Shown: positions 38,861 through 51,847, counted from the whole stretch's first letter. The stretch is DNA of 62,900 nt, filler included, from Dicyema japonicum (GCA_011109175.1; 5 parts of 5 records of this genome joined end to end with filler, not necessarily neighbours in it), one strand, 5' to 3'. A program made the numbers and translations. The notes: a model not told the origin generated them from the sequence alone.

Positions 38861-39752
38861 AGTGCCTAATGAAGGACTTGGAAATTGTTTTTTCGTATTT
38901 TTCGTTTTTGTTATTTTTCTTGAATGTTAATAGCATGGTCCATATATTTCAAAGTAAAATAAAAATATATTGAAATTGTACCAAAAAATTGTCCTGTGGG
39001 GAACATTATATAAATAATTTTAAAATAATTATATAAAAAAGTTAGATTCAAGAAAAAATCCAAAACCTGAAATTTTATTGAAAAAAGTACCAAAAGTCCC
39101 AATATTGAAGTGAGGTTGTATTTGCACTTCTGAAAACGAATCCACCTACAATAAATAACTAAAATGACCTTGCATTGAGCAACTGCCCTTTGGACCCCCT
39201 CTATGATACATAGAGATAACAAGAAACCCCTTCATGAATATTTCAACGAGATGAGCTAAAATAGTCTTGGCATCGGGAGAGACTATTAACTTATATTTGA
39301 AAATAAAAACTTTTTTGAATTTTGCAAATTTAAATGTTCCTTTAATTTGTGATCAAAATATTTCTAGTTTTTTAAGAATTTTCTGGTACCTGCAGATCAG
39401 AAACAGATCGAGATAATTCAAATGTTGCCTTATTCCTATAATTATTACAAATCACAAAAACATACATGTAATGCACACAAGACAAGGTTTTAAATATTGT
39501 TAAAAATTATTGATATATTACATTAATTATCTTTATTTATTAATATTTTACATATCTTTAAGAATTTTAGATTTAAAATTCGAATTTTAAAACTATTGTA
39601 ATTGACACTTCAAAAACCTAGAAACTAATAGAAATTTTGGAATGTTTTCATATATATTTAAAAATATTGTTTTAATTAAATAAAATAATAATAATTAAAA
39701 TAAAATATTAAAATTAGTTTGTGGTAGTGCTATATTGTTACTTTGTGTAAAA

Positions 39753-41100
39753 ATGGATAAGAATAACACATCTTTTGATGTAAGCGATATTCAATTGCCA
39801 CCAACAGATAATATATCTCCTAAACCTGTCAATCAACAGGTTTATCCCATCAATTACACGTTTATTATACATTTTTATATATAGCCTATAACGACTCCAA
39901 TTTACAACCACAATATGCCTACCCTTCTTCTAGTAACTCATTTTGGCCTACAATGTCAGTCCCGGCTTATTCAGCTCCGAGAATGTTCCTTCCAGGCAAC
40001 TACTATGCACTCTCTCAACGTTTTATCCAACCAGCAATATATCGTCCTCAATATTTTTTCCCCGGACCGTTCCTCAGAATTCTACGTTTAGACATCCTTT
40101 AGGCAATGAAGAGACAAGTTTGGTGACTCCATTTCAAATCAAAAAGGATTCCTTCCTCAGTAAACCAACTTCTACTGTTTTGAACTCCAGTCAACCTCCA
40201 AAAAGGTTTTTTTAACGATTTTTTGATATTTTATAGAGTCAGTCGCTTTAACACCGATTTGTGGAGACCTGATGTTTCAGCGAGTCCAGTATCTGTCTCG
40301 AATGCTACCACAAAATACAAATTTAGTCCCACCGACTTTTGCTGTTCTACAAAACGGCCAGTCAAAGAAAAGGAAAAATAGGTTTAAGAAGAATCAAGCC
40401 AGTTTGGCCAATGAATTAGAAAAAATGAAATATACACAAGAAATAACTACTGAACACGACATGAGGTTCCCTTTCAATGTTATTTCAAGTTCACTGGTAG
40501 AGAAAAGGAGTTCTGAGGTGACCACAATCCACCAAAACAGACTTGAGCGTTTCTCCTGCGAGTTTAGTGAATGATGTCGGGGCAAGTGAGGCTACTGTAT
40601 ATAGGAGATTGACTATTCCAGACTGACTATATTGTTGGAACGTGTGTAGACCTTGAGAAGCACTTTTATAGGATTACGTCGGTTGTTTGTGAGTGTAATC
40701 ATTTTATTAGGATATTGACCCATCAAAGGTAAGGCCAGAACGAATTCTGAAAAAGTCATTGGAGTTGGTGAAAGAAGTTTGGATGAGGAAGGCGACTACA
40801 CATATGTGGCAGATCAGCTTAAATCTATCCGTCAAGACTTGACTGTCTCTGTTTATTAGTATGTTGTAGGTACAGGGAATAGCATACACAAGAACATCTC
40901 ACAATGTTATTTGCACCCTGAGTAAACTTGACTCACTTAAATAGGCGACCCTTACCGAGCACAAGTCCCATTATTGCTGACTTCCATATAACTGAGTATT
41001 CTATGAACCATATAGTCGATTTCAACGTATTCAGTTATCTCTAATTGCAAAAAACCGACGTATTAGTTGGATAATGATATTGCGTACTTGAAATGCGTAT
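39753..41100 (+). pseudogene. LENG8: LENG8/THP3 (SAC3/GANP family), frame disrupted; 3' end uncertain
   Basis: YIVGTCVDLEKHFYRITS|DIDPSKVRPERILKKSLELVKEVW..DYTYVADQLKSIRQDLT|VQGI after removing short introns. Pro/Tyr-rich N-terminus. Frame breaks before and after. Confidence 0.75.
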
Positions 41101-41427
41101 TTTAGTTATATTACGAATATCCTTTACAAAAAACTGCCATCTGGGCAATGATTAGTGAACCTGAACTCTCAACTACACCAAGATCCATATATCTTTGGTG
41201 TTCCTTCAAAACAAGATCACAACACAGGGGATTGTTATTCGCTTATTCGTAATTAAGATCCGTCTGACAATCTTTATAAATCGCCCAGAGTTTTGGCCAC
41301 AGTTACCAATCTAAAAATTCCTTTTGAATATAAAACTAAATTATAATCTGTTCAGTTAATTTTTAATTTTGATTCGAGGAATAAATAACAATATAATTCG
41401 GTCGTTTGTGATAGGCTTAAATGCAAA

Positions 41428-43190
41428 ATGAGGGCCGAGGTCACATACCATTTAATTATTGTACACTCGTGGAAAAAGCCCCTTATCCAATAGAATGTGT
41501 AACTTCTTATGAAAAATCATCTAATAATGGAATCGGCATTGAATTGCTAAAATAATTTATTTAGAGGTAATGATATTAGTTGGAACTCGAAACGGCTCAC
41601 TTTTAGAATATCGTGCTAATATTCTAGATAGTATTTATTTATTTTACACAAAATAGCTACGATTGGAGCCGATTTAGTTAATATACAAAAAAATTTCTCC
41701 AAAAAACCACTTTGTACTTATTTCATCAATATTTAATAATTTAGTTGCAGTTGACTGCGTCCGCTGACCACAATCAGCTTATTTGTCTTACAGGTACCCT
41801 TCATGTTATATTTAAGATGGCTATGTTTGGGTTTACCAATTTGGAGACAGGTCTTTAGTACAAAGAGTAAACGAAAACAAGGTGCCACTCTATTTACGTT
41901 AGAACACGTTTGTTCTCTTACTATATTCCTCAGCGAGTGAGTGATGTAAAACGCAAAAAACATCCAGAGCGGATTTGTGTGCTTTTAAAACCGTACAATC
42001 GAGCTTTACCAGTGGAAATCACAATATACTTACCTGGTTTCCCATTTATTCATTTTTACTTCCATCAGCGCAGTTTCATTGTCGTCGAACAGCCAAAGTG
42101 TTTATTATGGCATTTACGCAACATTTTTATTGGTTTGAAGAACGATTACTACCGAGTTGATGTATAAATTGGTTCTCTTATACATAGATCACTGATGGTC
42201 TGTCAGGGAAATGTTCTCTGCGGGCTATTCCCTTATCCGATGGTGGAAATCGTTGGGAGTTCTTCCCTTGCTTTTTCCCGTGATCGCGTTACTTCCATCG
42301 TGACTGATTTCAACCAAGACCATCAAACCATCACTTGGTCTGATGCTCCTTATAATTTGGGTTTTTTTACTGTTTTTGAGTCATCAGTGTTTTTCTCTCC
42401 ATTTATGATTGGATTTATGTCCAACAAAATTGTAATCTACGAAATGGACAGTGTTCAGCTGATTTATACATTTGAATTAAAGAAAACGTTCAAGTCGATC
42501 TCCCGGGATAGTCAGATGGTTGTTTTGGCCACAACAGACGGGCTATTTGCACTGTCACTCGTCCCCATTTTCCAGCAAATCAACTCGCTTTTGCAATTTT
42601 TTAATTTCTTTAGCTACAAGAATACAGGTTTCATGAATCAAAAATATGTTTAGAACGATATTGGAGAACGATCCACAGACGATATTGTCTATCGAAGAAT
42701 AAACCAAAAAAGGCATTTTATCTTTTTTCTCAGGAGAATTCGAAGAGGCTTTTCAGACTTTTAAATTCTTAGACATTGGTGTATTTTTAGTTGTTTTATT
42801 TAGACACTTTGCATATAATTGGATTTATTGGAAACTTGCATCGAATGGGTTTCTTACGAGGACAAACATCCCTCAATTCAAGTTAGACATTGAAGACCAA
42901 GTAATTTACTCTACAAACTCCCTTTCTGCCCTCATCAAATTTCTCTACTCCGTAAGTATTATTTCTGGCCAATTTAGTGTCGAGCAAAACTAGAAAACGG
43001 GCAAAAATTGGGTTGTTATCCTCTTTTTGGAGATGCAACAATGTTGTCATCATCCATATCCACAATCATCGATACCATTCTCCTGCGATGTCATATTATG
43101 GTCGATTTTAGCCTTTTGTATTTGTACAGGTCAAAGATCATTTTTGTGCTTCTTTGCTCCGCGGGAAGAATAGTTGCGACGTGAGTGAGT
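41428..43190 (+). pseudogene. VPS39: VPS39/TGFBRAP1-family CNH-domain gene, frameshifted and incomplete at the gap
   Basis: LVEKAPYPIECV, LVGTRNGSLLEYR, KNFSKKP, KGATLF, ITWSDAP, LVPIFQQINSLLQ, AFYLFSQ.EFEEAF. Confidence 0.7.
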
Positions 43191-44088
43191 CACAACTTAT
43201 GTTAGAGGAGACTGATCATATTAATGAACTGCTAATTCTCTATCGAACTAACAACCTCCATCTCCGAGGTTGANNNNNNNNNNNNNNNNNNNNNNNNNNN
43301 NNNNNNNNNNNNNNNNNNNNNNNNNNNNNNNNNNNNNNNNNNNNNNNNNNNNNNNNNNNNNNNNNNNNNNNNNNNNNNNNNNNNNNNNNNNNNNNNNNNN
43401 NNNNNNNNNNNNNNNNNNNNNNNNNNNNNNNNNNNNNNNNNNNNNNNNNNNNNNNNNNNNNNNNNNNNNNNNNNNNNNNNNNNNNNNNNNNNNNNNNNNN
43501 NNNNNNNNNNNNNNNNNNNNNNNNNNNNNNNNNNNNNNNNNNNNNNNNNNNNNNNNNNNNNNNNNNNNNNNNNNNNNNNNNNNNNNNNNNNNNNNNNNNN
43601 NNNNNNNNNNNNNNNNNNNNNNNNNNNNNNNNNNNNNNNNNNNNNNNNNNNNNNNNNNNNNNNNNNNNNNNNNNNNNNNNNNNNNNNNNNNNNNNNNNNN
43701 NNNNNNNNNNNNNNNNNNNNNNNNNNNNNNNNNNNNNNNNNNNNNNNNNNNNNNNNNNNNNNNNNNNNNNNNNNNNNNNNNNNNNNNNNNNNNNNNNNNN
43801 NNNNNNNNNNNNNNNNNNNNNNNNNNNNNNNNNNNNNNNNNNNNNNNNNNNNNNNNNNNNNNNNNNNNNNNNNNNNNNNNNNNNNNNNNNNNNNNNNNNN
43901 NNNNNNNNNNNNNNNNNNNNNNNNNNNNNNNNNNNNNNNNNNNNNNNNNNNNNNNNNNNNNNNNNNNNNNNNNNNNNNNNNNNNNNNNNNNNNNNNNNNN
44001 NNNNNNNNNNNNNNNNNNNNNNNNNNNNNNNNNNNNNNNNNNNNNNNNNNNNNNNNNNNNNNNNNNNNNNNNNNNNNNNNNNNNNNNG

Positions 44089-46010
44089 CGTATCCCCTTG
44101 TGGGGTTCCAACATTGGTGGAAAATAGGATTGACTCCTTCGAGCCAACTCTACCGAGTAGTTCAGTTTTAGACAGTATCATCTATATTATGCGCACACTG
44201 TCTTCATCGATAATATCTTTCAACACGATAAGTAACTTACACATGTTAATGGTGTCGAAAACCTTACACATGTCGACTCCCAGGATATGAAAGGATCGTT
44301 TGTATTTTTGACATAAAGCAATTATCCACCGAAGACTCCAGACAACATCAGCCTTGGATCTTCCAGGCCTGAAACCACTCTGACTCTAAGAGAGATATCG
44401 ATCGACGGATTTTGATATACGGCCTCGGATAATAGTTGATAGGGTTTTCCTTAGAGTGGTGACTAGTACTATTGGTTTTTGGTTTTCAGCCGGTCCCCGT
44501 CGTTTTCCTGGTTTTTGAATGTGTATTAATACTCCTGTCCCGATTGAGAGCGGACAGTGCAACGGAAAAACCTTGTTCAGTATTTTTGCGAAAGAGCTCG
44601 CTAGACTATTAAGGGCATATTTGAGTAGTTCCCCCGNACATTGATCTGAAAGATTGCTTAATTCTGATATATGGTTTTTAAAGAACAGGTATAACTGATA
44701 TTAGTAATGAATCTTCTTGTTTAGAAAAACGGCATTCTTTGTAGAAACAACATAAAAGATACTTTGATTCTAATCCAGCCTTGATGGGTGGCCCATCTGT
44801 TATTGTGGAAATAGATTAAGACTTATTTTGTCCTAATCTATTTTGTCATAAGCCTAACCACCGTGCAGAGCTTCGTCTTCTGAGATGTGGGTGTTTAGAG
44901 CAGCAGACAAAAGTTTTACACCAGCCTGACATTTCCTTAATTTTTTAGTCATAATATGCGTAGTTGTTGTTCGAACGGTTGTTTCTATAGCCGATGGTAC
45001 CCGCCGCCGGCCTTGACCAACTTTCCCAGAAGAACGTCTGGCTTCTCTTTCAAATTCAGTTGTGATATGTGCTCCTTTATATTATCTTGATATTTTTTTC
45101 TTTTCACGGTATTGTTTATCAGTTGTCCCGTAGTTGTTCTTCGCCGTTTGATGTTGACTGTATTGTACTGGGCAATGTTACCAGATAGTTTCTGGATGTA
45201 CATCCGAGCCACTGTTATTCTGTGATCGCGGTTTATTAAGGCTCCTCCATATGAGCGTGAGTCCATGAGCAAATTTTTGTATTGATTCTGACATAATATA
45301 TAATCTATTTGATTGTCCAGTCCAGGTTGTCTTATGTCTGGCCGGGTGTTGAAAGGTCATATTGCAGAGATAGAGACTGAATGCCAGACAAAAGCCAATT
45401 AGAGACTCACCGGATGAATTTCGATAGCCTCTTCCGTGCCTTCCGATACATACTTCTTGGTTTTTCCTAATGCCTGCTTTGGCATTCCAGTCTCCCGCCA
45501 GAAACACAATTGTTGTTTTATTTTTGTTCAGTTCAGCATACACTTTGGAAAGGCTCGCATAAAATTCGTCCAACTCATCGGAGGTGGCCAGTATTCTTCC
45601 CGTATGTTGTAAGAAATTGAATAACACATATCCTGTCATCAATTTTCCAATATCGATGTAATCTGGGGAGCAAATTACTCATCGGAGGTGGTCAGTATTC
45701 TTCCCGTATGTTGTAAGAAATTGAATAACACATATCCTGTCATCAATTTTCCAATATCGATGTAATCTGGGGAGCAAATTCTTGTAAACAGCGAAACCCT
45801 GTCCATAGTGTTTACAGTACGATGGAAGGAGGGTTAGTCTGTAGTCTCCAAGGTTTTCATCGAGTCCTTTTCTGAGCTTCGTCTCTTGGAGACAGCAAAC
45901 AGAGCATCCATATTTTCCAAGGTCCAAACATAGTTGGTGCCTCTTCGACCAGTCATTAAGGCCCCAGAAAGGATTATCCAGATACGTATTAGACATTAGT
46001 GCAATAGAGG
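44089..46010 (-). mobile_element. RTE-like LINE, 5' two-thirds (APE + RT)
   Basis: VCCLQETK, AGDWNAKAG, MTFQH..HKTTW, NVGTPQGD. Internal 104-bp tandem duplication 45573-45780. Confidence 0.9.
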
Positions 46011-46613
46011 GACGTCACCGTTTCAATAAGAGAAGAATAAGCAATCTTATTAAAGAAAGAACAAGTGTGTATAACAATCGCAAGTTTTTAAAACGTTGAT
46101 TGGTCCAATTTTACATTAGAAGACCAAAACAAAATTTGGAATGATTTAGTCTCCGATGAAATGGAAACTGCCAGAATAGTAGATGGACGATATTTATTTC
46201 TTCCTTAATTTACTAGCCAAACACTTTCTTGTTCTTAATTCTGAACATATTTTGTATAATTACGAATACACAATTATCAGGGATGGAGGGGGAGTATATG
46301 CGAATGCCGCGTCCTAACTATGCCACACTTGTAAGGGAAAGTATTCATCCCATTGTGTTTCCTCCCCACGGTCGACCAAACTAGAATGTAATAAATTCCA
46401 GTCGATGTAATGCTCTCATGTTGGGAAAACATTCCAACTCAATGGGTGGACGAGAAGGGCTGGTTTCCCTAACAAAGTAATAATAGAATGAGTAGTAGAT
46501 GTGGCTGGTTTCCCCAACAAACACACAGATGTGGTTGGACAAATCCTATAAAGGGGAATGTGAATACATGGATAAACAGTGGAGTGAAGAAGGAATAGAT
46601 ATGTAATAATAGA

Positions 46614-48710
46614 ATGAGTATTAGTAGTAGATGTGTGTGTGAAAAGTATAAAAGGACATTAGTGAATGGTGCGAGAACGCGATGTGGGATTGGTGAGCGG
46701 AGTGTCCGGGCCGGGTAGTGTGAGAGTGACTAGTGCAAGTGGTGACGGCGACGAATATGAGGGGGGCGGCGATGTACGAACTGGTGCGAGTGGGTAATGG
46801 GAAATTGGTGGGGGAGATAATCCGACTGGACGGGGACACGGCGACGATTCAAGTGTACGAGGAAACAGGTGGTGTGAATGAGCCATAATTGTAATAGCTG
46901 GACTGACACGTCACGACCCGGTGTTCTGCACAGGGAAGCCTCTGAACTGGGGCCGGGGGTGATGGGGAGTATATACGACGGTAGGGAGGGGTGACATTGG
47001 TAGGGATTCAACGGCCGCTCAAGTCGATAGGGGAGTTGACGGAGGACATATACGGGGAGTGACAGTGAATGCGAAGGGAGTGAGTTGGGAGTAAGGAAGA
47101 TGAGGGTGGTGAGGACTGGTGATGCGTAGGTGGGGGATTTGGTGTGCGGGGGGGACATAATCGGGGATGTGTACGAAAGCAGTCTGGTGACCCACCGCGT
47201 CATGCTCCCCCCCAACGCACAGGGGCGAGTGACTTATGTCGCCCCCACTGGCTCGTACAGCATTCGGGTGATTATTCTCTACTCACTCGACAGGAAACTG
47301 TGATGCAGGTGGAGTACGGGGACACCCACAAAGACTACTCGATGGTTCAGACCTGGCCAGTCCGCCAACCCCGCCCAGTCGCCGAAAAGTTGGACGCAAA
47401 CTACCCGCTATGCACGGGTCACGGGGCCGAGAGTCCTCGATTCTCTGTTTCCGTGTGTGCAAGGAGACACCACAGCCATTCCAGGCGCGTTCGGGTGTGG
47501 AAAGACAGTCATTTCGCAGTCTTTCTCAAAGTACTCCAACTCGGATGTGATGTCGGGTGTGGAGAACGCGGCAACGAAATGTCCCAAGTGCTGAGGGATT
47601 TCCCCGAGGTGACTGTTCCCCTATGCCCAGTTGACTATTGAGGTGGATGGCAAGGCCGAGTCGATCATGCGGAGAACCCTGTTAGTGGCCAACACCTCCA
47701 ACATGCCCGTGGCCGCCAGAGAGGCCTCCATTTATACAGGTTGAAATGGATGGTCAATGGCAGGAATAACACTCGCCGAGTACTATGGGGTACAACGTCG
47801 CAATGATGGCCGACTCCACTTCTCGCTGGGCCGAGGCACTCAGGGAAATCTCCGGACGCCTCGCCGAGATGCCTGCCGACTCGGGCTACCCAGCCTACCT
47901 CGCCTCCAGACTCGCCTCCTTCTACGAGCGGGCAGGCAGGGCTCAGTGCATTGGCTCGCCCCAGAGGATGGGGTCTGTCAGCATTGTCGGAGCGTATGTG
48001 TCCTCACTCCACCTGTAGAGTGTCTCCTCCGGGCGGCGACTTTGCCGATCCCGTCACCACCGCCACCTTGGGCATTGTCCAGGTGTTTTGGGGGCTCGAC
48101 AAGCCTTTGGCCCAACGCAAACACTTCCCTGCCATCAATTGGCTCAACAGTTACAGCAAATATATTCTCATCCTCGACGAGTTCTACGAGGCCAACCACC
48201 CTGACTTTATTGCTCTACGAAACAAGACTAAAATGATTCTCCAGAATGAGGAGGACTTGACTGAGGTCGTCCAATTAGTCGGCAAGGTCCCTCCTCCCAT
48301 TATCCCAGAGTTCCCTCGCCGAGTCCGACAAGGTCACCATCGAGATTGCCAAGATCATCAAAGAGGACTTTCTACAGCAGAATAGTTACTCACAATACGA
48401 CAGGTCCCCTTCACACTCACTCTCACAGGTATTGCCCTTTCTACAAGACTGTCGCCATGCTCCGCAACATCATTCTCTTGTACGACTTGTCCTCCAAGGC
48501 CGTCACCAGTACTAACAAGCTCACATGGAACACCATCCGCGATTCTCTCAATCAACATCACATTCTTGTCGACATTTCCAACTCCAAGTTCAAAGTAACT
48601 CTTTTCCCTTTCTTCAGAATCCCTCCGAGATTACTCAGCAGCAGATTACTCAACAATTCGACTTGCTCGAGCAGAGGATTCAAGACTGTTTTAATAACAT
48701 GGACTATTAA
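46614..48710 (+). pseudogene. ATP6V1A: V-type ATPase catalytic subunit A, 11 introns of 22-29 nt, 5' half disrupted by multi-base indels
   Basis: [93 protein letters not shown], stop 48708-48710. Start codon uncertain. Confidence 0.92.
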
Positions 48711-48965
48711 TAACTCACTTTCTCATGTCTTGCATTCAACTGGAATCTGTTCTCCATAATTTATACACAAGTGTCATTTTAGGGGCAGTATTTATTATAT
48801 ACAAGTTTGATTGTTCCACTATTGTGTGAGGAGTTAGTAAACACAGTGCATCAGTTATTATTGACTTGGTTAAGATATAAGATGTTTGACATGGTTGAAA
48901 CCATCATGAAAAATACAGCAGACTAAAATATATAAATCCGCCAGAGCCAATTCTACTCAATTTTT

Positions 48966-49242
48966 ACATTGATCTGAAAGACTGTTTAATCCTGTTATAT
49001 GGTTTTTAGGGAACAGGTGTAACTGATATTAGTAATGAATCTTCTTGTTTAGAAAAACGAAATTCTTTGTAGAAACAACATAAAAGATACTTTGATTCTA
49101 ATCCAGCCTTGATGGGTGGCCCATCTGTTATTGTGGAAATAGATTAAGACTTATTTTGTCCTAAGCCTAAATACCACCGTGCAGAGCTTCGTCTTCTGAG
49201 ATGTGGGTGTTTAGAGCAGCAGACAAAAGTTTTACACCAGCC
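48966..49242 (-). mobile_element. RTE-like fragment, close copy of 44638-44926
   Basis: Direct alignment by eye, high identity. Confidence 0.85.
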
Positions 49243-49818
49243 AAAGGGTTTATGTGTCTTGTCCAAACTAGTAGGCGATAAATCCGAACAAATGCTTCTA
49301 GAATTTTGGAGACCTTATGCAAAATATTGATAGACGCGATCTTATCGAATACTCGAATTCTTTGAGGGAGATGAGAAAGATCCCCGGGGCAAAACTGCAG
49401 TTGAGACCTTCGTGGTTATCATTATCAAGCCCCCTAAGAGCTAATTCCTTAGTTTTTTCCCTTTCCCGTTATTGTTCCAATAAAACCATATTTTTCTTTT
49501 TCTTTTCTGCAAAATATTGAGGATACAGTCTCCTAAAGGATTCACTAACAATGGAAACTACTTTGATACGAATAGAAAACGATTTTTCTCAGAATATTTT
49601 GAAATGTCTTTGGGAATTTCCGACATTCTTTTTATCCATAAATTGTTTGAAAGTATATTAAGTGTCAAAATCAATTTAATCATCGGGAAAAGAATTGGCA
49701 ACTTTGAAAAATGTAGAATTGCCATTTCGCAATATTCTTGTTTTTATTCGGTGGATAAATTGGATTACTTTACATTCAAAATAAAAATGTGATCTATTCG
49801 AACGGACATTGACAGTTA

Positions 49819-50766
49819 TTACGAGTCGTGGATAATCAAATTAGGAGATGGATTAGTGAATTTGTGTGAATTGAAAGAATTAGTGATTGTGTTTGAATAA
49901 ATCAATTCGAATAGATTTGAAATGAAATTAATTAAATTAGCCAAACCATTGATGGAATAAATGTCCCTCGACTTGGTGGGGGAAGCGTAGGAAAAGTCAA
50001 TAATGTGGACAGCCACCTGTCTCTCACTCCAATTGGGCATGCTCTGGTTCTCGTAGGCGATTGTCACTGAACTCGAAACAAAGCGCCATGCGGAGTGGCC
50101 CTTCAGAAGAGTGAGCATTTCCTTTAACTCTGCCAATATTCTCCGTCTCTTCCCGTCCCCGAACTTGTGGTCTTGCAAAAAGAACATTCGCAATTATGGA
50201 ATGACAAAGACCCCTCACCGTCCCTGATGGTGTGCTCGTCCAGTTTGCGCCCGTCCGACTTGTAGAGGGTGTGGCACGACCCGTCAGGTTGGTGGACCTA
50301 AAAGTGCTCCCCCTCGATTACTTTCATTCCACTTATTTGAAACATTATTTGCTCGGCTGGCGGGTACTTTTCTTTTTTAAGGAACCCGATTTTGATGTCG
50401 GCGGACGTCGGTTTGGTGAAGTTGCGGAATATGTTTTCCAAATAAATGAATCGCCCTGCGCATAAGAGAGTGCCTCACCCCCTTCTTCGTCATGCGCCAG
50501 GCCACGGAACTTTGGGAAAAACGAGGACAATTTAGTAAAGGACTTGTCTGTGGAGTGAGGAATATTTAGGTAAAATTCGGCCTCCTGATATCCTCGAAAA
50601 TATTTTTTGAGTCGTTTGGCTATGAAGCTGGCGTGTATTTTAAAGAAAATTGAGGTGTTGAGTGGGGACTACATTTGAATTCCGTGGAGTAGAGCCTGTA
50701 ACTGGAGAGTTTGTTTTCGAGGGGGTGGAGTTTGGATATTTCAATTTGTGGATAGTTTGCTAGCAT
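49819..50766 (-). CDS. IPMK: Inositol polyphosphate kinase (IPK family, IPMK-like), two acceptor sites non-canonical or damaged
   Basis: RGYQEAEFY, FPKFRG, PTSADIKIG (PxxxDxKxG), FQISGMK, SSSVTIAYE, IIDFSYA. Confidence 0.75.
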
Positions 50767-50832
50767 TGATGTCTAAATGAGTGTGGGTGTATTGTTTTAT
50801 AGATTAACACCCTCATAATTAAATGTTAAATA

Positions 50833-51279
50833 TTAATTCGTCAGTTGTATATAACTCTCGGGAATGTACCCTGTCTACTTACAGTCGAGTTTCATGACCT
50901 GGTAGTAGAGTGTGGCATATTAAGTAATACCAATCAGTCTCATGGTAGTTCCTCAACAACAAAACTACCTCTTCCTCGCTCACCGAAATATCGCTGCTCC
51001 CCACGGCCTTAGTGTGACCCGAAAAAACAACCTCGTAAGTGTAGACGACCTTGGCCTTCTTTTCGACGTCGAAAGTGGCCTGGGAAGTGAAAAGTGGACC
51101 TACGTCTTGGAAGCACTAGAATGTGCATTTGACAATTTACCCCCTCGTCCGTCGGTGACGCGTAAATGTCACAAAACTCCTCCTCCAAGTAGTTTTTGTT
51201 GACATTGATGGTCGACGGACTTGTGTCGGTCCCCAGGAAGNACCTCATCATGTAAGTCGAGGACATCGTTGTTGTTCAT
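50833..51279 (-). pseudogene. Small protein with C-terminal SH3 domain, in-frame TAG at 50875-50877
   Basis: KKAKVVYTYE|AVGSSDISVSEEEVVLLL..DWYY..GYIPESYIQL after removing 24-25 nt introns. 12-nt microexon. Confidence 0.7.
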
Positions 51280-51847
51280 TTTAACCAAAATGCAGAAAAT
51301 GTTTTTTTAATTTTTTTGGCGGGAAGGTTTTAGGGACCTCATCATGTAAGTCGAGGACATCGTTGTTGTTCATTTTAACCAAAATGCAGAAATTTTTTTA
51401 ATTTGGGGAGCGTGGTTTAAAAGTGGAATCTCACTTGTAACCACTTAATTTCGAATGTTTTTGAAAAATCAATAAGTATATACATACAAATAAACAAATA
51501 AACTAAATAGTGTTTCTATTTTATATATATAGATAATTTAAACGGCGTACCAGAATCATACAACATTTTTAATACCGTTGCACGCTTAGTTTGGTTTGGT
51601 GTAACCATGCCACAATCAAACCAAGGATGCTTCATTCNNNNNNNNNNNNNNNNNNNNNNNNNNNNNNNNNNNNNNTTTTTTTTTAGCTATTAAATACAAT
51701 AAAAAATACAAAATAACGTTAGTACCATTGAGATAATATACCTATATATATAATATATTAAATTTATCTAATATAATTTAAACGGCGTACCAGAATCATA
51801 CAACATTTTTAATACCCTTGCACGCCTAGTTTCGTTTTGTTGTAACC

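Noticed and set aside
46614-51279. Alternative genetic code or bacterial horizontal transfer to explain stops and high GC
   Set aside because: Intact genes end in TAA, most lesions are indels, and the GC-rich genes carry the same tiny spliceosomal introns as their AT-rich neighbours.
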